DNA of 64,000 nucleotides from Vulcanimicrobiota bacterium (GTDB lineage Bacteria > Vulcanimicrobiota > Vulcanimicrobiia > Vulcanimicrobiales > Vulcanimicrobiaceae): assembly GCA_963786105.1 (NCBI GenBank), contig CAWAXX010000017.1:246452-310451 (forward strand), read 5' to 3'. The stretch's first letter is position 1. Each line of letters begins with the position of its first letter. The position numbers and the translations under genes were made by a program. Under the pieces are notes generated by a model that had not been told where the DNA came from, made no database searches, and saw only the letters and a program-made list of their open reading frames with translations. Below are positions 58,012 through 64,000 of this stretch, piece by piece.

Positions 58012-58125
58012 GGCCGCCCAAAGGGCGGCGTTTACTTCGCCCGGCATGGAGGCCGGGCGGTCATGGTTCCGCGATGCGACCGCAACGCCAGGACGGCCCG
58101 CGGCCGGGAGCCAGAAAGGTCTGTT
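58012..58125 (+). promoter_or_regulatory. Structured rpsB 5' leader (possible S2 autoregulatory element)
   Basis: Hairpins GCCGCCC/GGGCGGC and CGCCCGGC/GCCGGGCG in long leader. Confidence 0.4.
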
Positions 58126-58130
58126 TCATC

Positions 58131-58919
58131 ATGTCCGTCGTCACCATGCGCGAACTCTTGGAGGCGGGCGTCCACTTCGGCCATCAGACCCGACGGTGGA
58201 ACCCCAAGATGAAGCCGTTCATCTTTCAGGAGCGCAACGGCATCTACATTATCGACCTCGCGCTCACGGTCCAGAAGCTCCGCGAAACCATCGAGGTCGT
58301 CAAGCAGCTTTCTAGGGAAGGCCGCGTCATTCTCTTCGTCGGCACCAAGAAGCAAGCGCAAGACGCCGTGCGCGAGGAAGCCGAACGAGCCGGAACCTTC
58401 TTCGTGAACCAGCGCTGGCTTGGCGGTACGTTGACGAACTTCGCCACCATTCAAAAACGAATTGCGCGTTTGCGCGAGCTCGAGAACATGAAGGCTCAGG
58501 GCGATTTCGACCGGCTCCCAAAGAAGGAAGTCGCGAAGTTGCAAGACGAGATGAACAAGCTCGAGCGATTTTTAGGCGGCATCAAAGACATGCACCGCCT
58601 ACCGGACGCAATCTTCATCGTCGATCCGAAAAAAGAGCGCATCGCGGTGCTCGAAGCGCGCAAACTGGGGATTCCGATCATCGCGGTGATCGACACCAAC
58701 TGCGATCCCGACGAGATCGACTATCCGATCCCGGGCAACGACGACGCCATTCGCGCCGTCAAACTCATGGTCGGCAAAATCGCCGATGCCATCGTCGAAG
58801 GGCGCACCGAGACCGAGAGCGCCTATGACGAAAACCAGTACGACGGTTCGGCGAGCGCCGACTTCGACGAGGAAGCGCCGCCGACGCTGGCCGAAGCCGA
58901 GGCCGCTGCGGGCGTTTAG
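58131..58919 (+). CDS. rpsB: 30S ribosomal protein S2
   Basis: [40 protein letters not shown]. Confidence 0.98.
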   Translation: MSVVTMRELLEAGVHFGHQTRRWNPKMKPFIFQERNGIYIIDLALTVQKLRETIEVVKQLSREGRVILFVGTKKQAQDAVREEAERAGTFFVNQRWLGGTLTNFATIQKRIARLRELENMKAQGDFDRLPKKEVAKLQDEMNKLERFLGGIKDMHRLPDAIFIVDPKKERIAVLEARKLGIPIIAVIDTNCDPDEIDYPIPGNDDAIRAVKLMVGKIADAIVEGRTETESAYDENQYDGSASADFDEEAPPTLAEAEAAAGV

Positions 58920-58931
58920 CAGAAGGAGAGA

Positions 58932-59543
58932 ATGTTGTCCACCGCCATGTCATATCAACCCAAGGCTGACGAAATAAAAGCGCTCCGCGAAGAGACGAGC
59001 GCGCCGATGATGGATTGCCGAAAAGCGCTCGTCGAAGCCACCGGCGACTTTCAGAAGGCTAAGACGCTGCTGCTCGAGCGCGGTGCCGCGCAGGCGGCCA
59101 AAAAGGCCGAGCGGTCGGCCAACGAGGGAACCGTCGCCAGCTACATCCACGCCGGCGGCAAGATCGGCGTGTTGGTCGAAGTCAACAGCGAGACCGATTT
59201 CGTCGCGCGCAATCCAAAGTTCGCGGAGCTGTCGCGCGATATCGCGATGCATATCGCGGCGATGTCGCCGGAGTATCTCGACCGGTCGAGCGTCCCCAGC
59301 GAGGTGGTCGACCAGGCACGGGAGGAGTTCCGCGCGAGCGTGCCCGCGGGCAAGCCTCCCGAGGTCGCCGAACGAATCGTCGAGGGGAAACTGAACAAAT
59401 GGTTCGAGGAGCACTGTCTGCTCGACCAGGCGTTCGTCAAGGACGATGCGATCAGCGTCGGCGATCTCATCAACGGCGCGATCGGCGCACTCGGCGAAAA
59501 GATCCGCGTGCGGCGGTTTACGAAGTACGCTTTGGGAGAGTAG
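58932..59543 (+). CDS. tsf: Elongation factor Ts (short form)
   Basis: MMDCRKAL, YIH.GGKIGVLVE.NSETDFVA. Confidence 0.96.
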   Translation: MLSTAMSYQPKADEIKALREETSAPMMDCRKALVEATGDFQKAKTLLLERGAAQAAKKAERSANEGTVASYIHAGGKIGVLVEVNSETDFVARNPKFAELSRDIAMHIAAMSPEYLDRSSVPSEVVDQAREEFRASVPAGKPPEVAERIVEGKLNKWFEEHCLLDQAFVKDDAISVGDLINGAIGALGEKIRVRRFTKYALGE

Positions 59544-59558
59544 AGGGGTTCGCTAGGA

Positions 59559-60314
59559 GTGCCCGCTAGCCCGCCACGGTTCTCGCGCGTGCTGCTCAAA
59601 ATCTCCGGCGAAGCCTTCGCCGGAGCAGAGACCGGCGTCGACGTGAACACGACCCGCGCGATGGCGGATCAGATTGCCGAAGTCAGCCGAGCCGGGGTTT
59701 CCATAGCGGTTGTGGTTGGCGGCGGTAACATCTGGCGCGGAAAAGTGCATGAGGAAGCCGGCATGGACCGCGCGACGGCCGACTACATGGGAATGCTGGC
59801 GACCGTGATCAACGCCCTGGCGCTCCAAGACGCGTTGGAGCGCATGGGCGTGCCTTCGCGAGTTCAGACCGCCATTGCCATGCATCAGATCGCCGAGCCG
59901 TACATCAGGCGGCGCGCCATCCGGCATCTGGAAAAAGGCCGCGTGGTAATCTTCGCCGCCGGAACCGGCAACCCGTACTTCACGACCGATACGACGGCGG
60001 CGCTGCGTGCGGTCGAAGTCAATGCCGAAGCAATCTTGAAGGCCACCAAAGTCGACGGAATTTACTCCGCCGATCCGATGAAGGATCCCACTGCCACGCG
60101 GTACGAGCGCCTGGAGTACATGGAAGTTTTGCAGCGCGGTCTCGACGTTATGGACTCGACGGCGATGGCACTCTGCATGGACAACGCGTTGCCGGTCATC
60201 GTATTCGACATGGCGGTTCCAGACAACATCCGGCGCGTCATCTGGGGTGAAGCGATCGGAACGTACGTCGGTCGAGCGCAGGCTGAAGGGGCCGTCGTGG
60301 CCAGGAGCGTGTAG
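59559..60314 (+). CDS. pyrH: UMP kinase
   Basis: [26 protein letters not shown]. Confidence 0.97.
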   Translation: MPASPPRFSRVLLKISGEAFAGAETGVDVNTTRAMADQIAEVSRAGVSIAVVVGGGNIWRGKVHEEAGMDRATADYMGMLATVINALALQDALERMGVPSRVQTAIAMHQIAEPYIRRRAIRHLEKGRVVIFAAGTGNPYFTTDTTAALRAVEVNAEAILKATKVDGIYSADPMKDPTATRYERLEYMEVLQRGLDVMDSTAMALCMDNALPVIVFDMAVPDNIRRVIWGEAIGTYVGRAQAEGAVVARSV

Positions 60315-60872
60315 ATGAGCGATCCGTATTTCAAAGACGTCGAGTCTCGCATGTCCAAGTGCGTGGAAGCCACCCGTTCCGATTTCGCGTCGATTCGCAC
60401 CGGCCGCGCGACGCCGGTGCTGCTCGACCGGCTCCACGTCGAGGCCTACGGCCAGTCCGTCCCCCTCAAGCAAGTGGCCGGCGTGTCGGCTCCCGACACG
60501 CGGACGTTAGTGATCGCGGCTTGGGATAAGAGCGTCGTCCCGGAGATCAAGAAGGCGATAGAAAAGAGCGATCTCGGGCTTACGCCCAACATCGATGGAA
60601 CCGCCATTCGCCTGATCGTTCCGCCGCTGAACGAAGAGCGCCGCAGAGACCTCGCGAAGGTCGTGAAGAAGAAAGCCGAGGACGGCAAGATTGCGGTTCG
60701 TAACGTCCGGCACAAAGCGCACGACGAAATCAAGGGCCAGCTCAAGAGCAGCGAGATCACCGAGGACGACAACAAGCGCATGCAGGAAATGCTACAGAAG
60801 TTGACCGACCGATACGTCAAGGAGATCGACGCACTCGTTGTGGCCAAAGAAAAAGAGATAATGGAAGTGTGA
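60315..60872 (+). CDS. frr: Ribosome recycling factor
   Basis: IRTGRA, P.LNEERR, VRNVR, KEKEIMEV. Confidence 0.97.
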   Translation: MSDPYFKDVESRMSKCVEATRSDFASIRTGRATPVLLDRLHVEAYGQSVPLKQVAGVSAPDTRTLVIAAWDKSVVPEIKKAIEKSDLGLTPNIDGTAIRLIVPPLNEERRRDLAKVVKKKAEDGKIAVRNVRHKAHDEIKGQLKSSEITEDDNKRMQEMLQKLTDRYVKEIDALVVAKEKEIMEV

Positions 60873-61102
60873 ACGACCTCACACTGGTGCCGGAAGTCGA
60901 TGCGCGGCGAGCGCTGCGCGAGCATCGCCTGCGGCTTTCGGTGCTCGCTCCCTACGGCGCTTGGATCGGTTGCGGAACCTTGCGCGTTCTGCGTCTGAAG
61001 ATGATCGACGACGAATCGGCCGTTTTGACGGTCGGATACGAATGCTACCGCCGCTTGCCTGGGACTGCGACGCACGAGCGACGCAGCCGAAATCGACCGT
61101 GA
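60869..61102 (+). CDS. Small hypothetical protein coupled between frr and uppS
   Basis: GTGA overlaps on both sides; G.LRVLR...LTVGYE. Confidence 0.6.
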   Translation: MNDLTLVPEVDARRALREHRLRLSVLAPYGAWIGCGTLRVLRLKMIDDESAVLTVGYECYRRLPGTATHERRSRNRP

Positions 61103-61836
61103 TCGATCCCGCCAGCCGGTCGATCGACGTCGACCTCGACGCGCTGCCGCGGCACATCGCGATCATCATGGACGGCAACCGGCGCTGGGCCAAGCGGCGC
61201 GCCCTGCCGGCCATCGAAGGGCACCGTCGCGGCATCGTGTCGCTTCGGCGCGTCACTCGCGCCGCCAGTGATCTCGGGATCGGCGTTCTCACGGTGTACG
61301 GCTTTTCGACGGAAAACTGGAATCGGGATGCCCGCGAAATCTCGCTGTTGTTCGACTTGTGCGTGTACTTCGCGCGCAACGAATTGGCGGAGCTCATGCG
61401 CAACAACGTCAGGGTTCGCGTAATCGGCGACTGGGAATCGCTGCCGCCGGGACCACGAGGTGCGCTTGCGGGCCTGCAATCCGGGACGTCTGCCAACACG
61501 GGCTTGCTTTTGAACTTGGCGGTAAACTACAGTTCTCACGCGGAGTTGGCGAGAGCGGTGCGAGCCATCGCTCGTGACGTGGCCGACGGCACCGTGAACG
61601 CCGATGCCGTTGACGAAGCGTTGATCGGCCGGTATCTTTACACCGCCGATCTCCCGGAGCTCGACCTCTTGATCCGTCCGGGCGGCGAGCATCGGCTTTC
61701 GAATTTCTTGCTCTATCAGGCCGCCTATGCGGAGTTGGTTTTGAGCGACGTCCTGTGGCCCGATTTTTCGCGAGACGACTTGGTCCGCGCGCTGATTGAA
61801 TACCAGCAGCGCGAGCGGCGGTTCGGGGGAGCGTGA
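61099..61836 (+). CDS. uppS: Isoprenyl transferase (undecaprenyl diphosphate synthase)
   Basis: HIAIIMDGNRRWA, FSTENW.R, DLLIR.GGE.RLSNFL. Confidence 0.96.
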   Translation: MIDPASRSIDVDLDALPRHIAIIMDGNRRWAKRRALPAIEGHRRGIVSLRRVTRAASDLGIGVLTVYGFSTENWNRDAREISLLFDLCVYFARNELAELMRNNVRVRVIGDWESLPPGPRGALAGLQSGTSANTGLLLNLAVNYSSHAELARAVRAIARDVADGTVNADAVDEALIGRYLYTADLPELDLLIRPGGEHRLSNFLLYQAAYAELVLSDVLWPDFSRDDLVRALIEYQQRERRFGGA

Positions 61837-62684
61837 ACGCCCCCGACGCAATCGCTCCGGCGGTCGCGACTCGCGGAAACCCCATTACGGTGCGGCGCGT
61901 CGTCGTCGGCATTATCGTCGCAGCCATCGGGTTGGGAAGCGTCGTGGTTCCGTGGACGTTTTACGCGCTGATCCTCGCAATCGGCCTGGCCAGCATCTAC
62001 GAGTTGAACGCGCTCTGCGAGAAGAAGGGTCAGCCGCTCGAGTACCCGGTGGCCTTGTTGGGCGTGAGCGGTTACGTGGTGATGGCGGCGTTGGGCATGC
62101 TGCACAAATGGGAGGGCGTGCTGCTCGCCGGAATTGTGATTGCGGCATTTTGGATCGGCATGTACGGGGAGCAAAAAGGCTACTTTGCACGCACCGCGTA
62201 CACGCTGCTCGCGGCGCTGTACATCGGAAAGTTGTTGACGTACTTCGTGTTCGTCCGTCAGATCCCGGGAAACGGGTTGTGGTTGACGTTCTACTTGATC
62301 CTCACGATCGCGCTGACCGATATTTTCGGAATGATTATCGGCACGATCGCCGGTCGCACGCAGCTCACCAAAATCTCACCCGGGAAAACCGTCGAAGGCT
62401 CGTTGGGTTCGTTGGTCGTGGTGACCGTCTTTGCCATCGCTGCGACGCGCGTGCCGCAGCTCCACTTACTGTGGTGGCAGGGCGGCGTTCTCGGATTGCT
62501 GACCGGTATCGCCGCACAGGCCGGCGATCTCGTGGAATCCGCACTCAAACGCGACGCCGGAGTAAAGGACGCCGGCGACATGATTCAGGGGCACGGCGGC
62601 GTGCTCGACCGATTCGACTCGTACCTCTTCGGCGGCGTCGCGTTCTTTGCGACGCTGCACCTGCTCGGCGTGCTACAGGTCTAG
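61833..62684 (+). CDS. cdsA: Phosphatidate cytidylyltransferase
   Basis: ISPGKTVEG, GDLVESALKR, GHGGVLDRFDS. Confidence 0.95.
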   Translation: MNAPDAIAPAVATRGNPITVRRVVVGIIVAAIGLGSVVVPWTFYALILAIGLASIYELNALCEKKGQPLEYPVALLGVSGYVVMAALGMLHKWEGVLLAGIVIAAFWIGMYGEQKGYFARTAYTLLAALYIGKLLTYFVFVRQIPGNGLWLTFYLILTIALTDIFGMIIGTIAGRTQLTKISPGKTVEGSLGSLVVVTVFAIAATRVPQLHLLWWQGGVLGLLTGIAAQAGDLVESALKRDAGVKDAGDMIQGHGGVLDRFDSYLFGGVAFFATLHLLGVLQV

Positions 62685-62701
62685 GTTTAGGTAAGCCGCC
62701 G

Positions 62702-63856
62702 ATGACGCGCAAGAGGGTCGCAATTCTCGGGTCGACGGGCTCGATCGGGACGCAAGCGCTCGACGTGATCGGGCGGTATCCCGATCGCTTCGACGTCGTC
62801 GGGCTGGCGGCGGGCCGTAACGTCGCTTTGCTTGCCGAGCAGGCGCGGCGTTTCGCGTGCACCCTGACGACGATGGCTTCAGACGGACCAGCGGGACTCT
62901 TGCGCGTCGCCGTCGAGAGCGAACCCGACGTGCTTCTGGCCGCGACCGATGGTGCGGTCGCGTTCGACGCGGTATTCGAGGCGGTCGACCGCGGCATATC
63001 CGTCGCGGTTGCCAACAAGGAGCTCATCGTAGCCGCCGGCGAGCTACTAGTAGCGGCCGCCGAACGGAGCGGCGCCCGGCTGCTGCCGGTCGACAGCGAG
63101 CACAGCGCGATCTTCCAGTGCCTCATTGGCGAAGACCGGGCAAGCGTTGCCGAAATCGTGCTGACCGCTTCGGGCGGCCCCTTTTGGCGGATCTCTCGCG
63201 AAGAAATGGCGCGGGCCGACCTCGCCGCCGCTTTGGCACATCCCACGTGGCGCATGGGGACCAAGAACACCATCGATTCGGCGACCATGATGAACAAGGG
63301 GCTCGAAGTCATCGAGGCCAGCCGGTTGTTCGGCTTCCCGGGCGAGCGGGTCCGCTTTGTGGTTCACCCACAGTCGATCGCCCACGGTTTTGTGGTTTTT
63401 ACCGACGGGAGCGTCAAAGGGCAGTTGGCGGCACCCGACATGCGCGTGCCGATCGGGTATGCCCTCGCCTTCCCCGACCGGCTGCCGTATCGAGGCGGTG
63501 GCAGCGCTTCGCAAGACGGCTTGACTGCGCTCGGTGGAAAACCCGCCGAGCTCGCACTGCGTTATGATTTTGAGGCTCCCGATCCGGATAGGTTTCCGTG
63601 CGTGCGCCTCGCCTACCGGGCCTTGGCGGCCGGTGGGACGATGCCGGCAGTCCTGTCGGCGGCCAACGAAGTCGCCGTCGGCGCGTTCGTCGAAGGAAAG
63701 ATCGGCTTCGGAGAAATTGCCGGTGTCATCGAAAACGCGATAGACCGGGTAGAATGCGGGGAGATGTCGCTCGCCGGCATTCGAGCCGCCGATCGACGGG
63801 CCCGCGAGACCGCCAAGGCGTTTGTAGACCAGATTGAAAGGCCATCGTGTCGCTGA
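62702..63856 (+). CDS. dxr: 1-deoxy-D-xylulose 5-phosphate reductoisomerase
   Basis: [45 protein letters not shown]. Confidence 0.96.
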   Translation: MTRKRVAILGSTGSIGTQALDVIGRYPDRFDVVGLAAGRNVALLAEQARRFACTLTTMASDGPAGLLRVAVESEPDVLLAATDGAVAFDAVFEAVDRGISVAVANKELIVAAGELLVAAAERSGARLLPVDSEHSAIFQCLIGEDRASVAEIVLTASGGPFWRISREEMARADLAAALAHPTWRMGTKNTIDSATMMNKGLEVIEASRLFGFPGERVRFVVHPQSIAHGFVVFTDGSVKGQLAAPDMRVPIGYALAFPDRLPYRGGGSASQDGLTALGGKPAELALRYDFEAPDPDRFPCVRLAYRALAAGGTMPAVLSAANEVAVGAFVEGKIGFGEIAGVIENAIDRVECGEMSLAGIRAADRRARETAKAFVDQIERPSCR

Positions 63857-64000
63857 CTATCGCCAACCTGATCGGAATCGAGAAGATCGTCACCTTCATC
63901 GTAATGCTGTCCGTTCTCGTCGTCTTGCACGAGCTCGGACACTTCCTAGTGGCTCGGCGCAACGGTGTGCGGGTCAATGAGTTCGCCGTCGGAATGGGGC
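63847..64000 (+). CDS. rseP: RIP metalloprotease RseP, 3'-truncated by window edge
   Basis: [22 protein letters not shown]; position after dxr. Confidence 0.9.
   Translation, partial: MSLTIANLIGIEKIVTFIVMLSVLVVLHELGHFLVARRNGVRVNEFAVGMG

Noticed and set aside
1..64000. CRISPR arrays, prophage, transposases, rRNA
   Set aside because: No regularly spaced repeats or recognisable genes of these kinds were seen

Overview
High-GC bacterial chromosomal window. It is probably from a soil or cold-desert H2 scavenger, and gene content suggests Eremiobacterota/Vulcanimicrobiota-like (inference, not verified). The flanks are housekeeping: tRNA-Asp/Phe/Gly/Cys, panE-recG, rsmD-coaD, crt-hbd, phoU, moaD/E-moeB, queG, moaA, csrA, rfbA, cysC-sat, and rpsB-tsf-pyrH-frr-uppS-cdsA-dxr-rseP. 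The centre (about 16.3-36.2 kb) is a complete group 1h high-affinity [NiFe]-hydrogenase island: NiCoT, hypABCDEF, hhySL, NifU-like hhyE, hhaABC-like genes and a maturation protease. It also carries unusual extra genes: two tandem cytoplasmic YceI (polyisoprenoid-binding fold) proteins, a small membrane peptide with a duplicated motif, a His-rich peptide, a double-SIS protein, a CPYC glutaredoxin, and a STAND/winged-helix regulator next to 11-bp-periodic GTAAC boxes. About 20 single-base indels fall only inside this island and look like sequencing or assembly error. Unexplained structured non-coding elements lie at about 41.9-42.1 kb (inverted pair with covarying stems), 49.39-49.56 kb (6S-like rod), 55.98-56.11 kb (EAR/epsC-like RNA before rfbA) and 54.97-55.05 kb (nested REP-like repeat forming the CsrA tail). 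An ECF sigma factor is paired with a ZAS-TM-TonB_C anti-sigma upstream of a photolyase. Family assignments come from motif recognition only; no searches were run.
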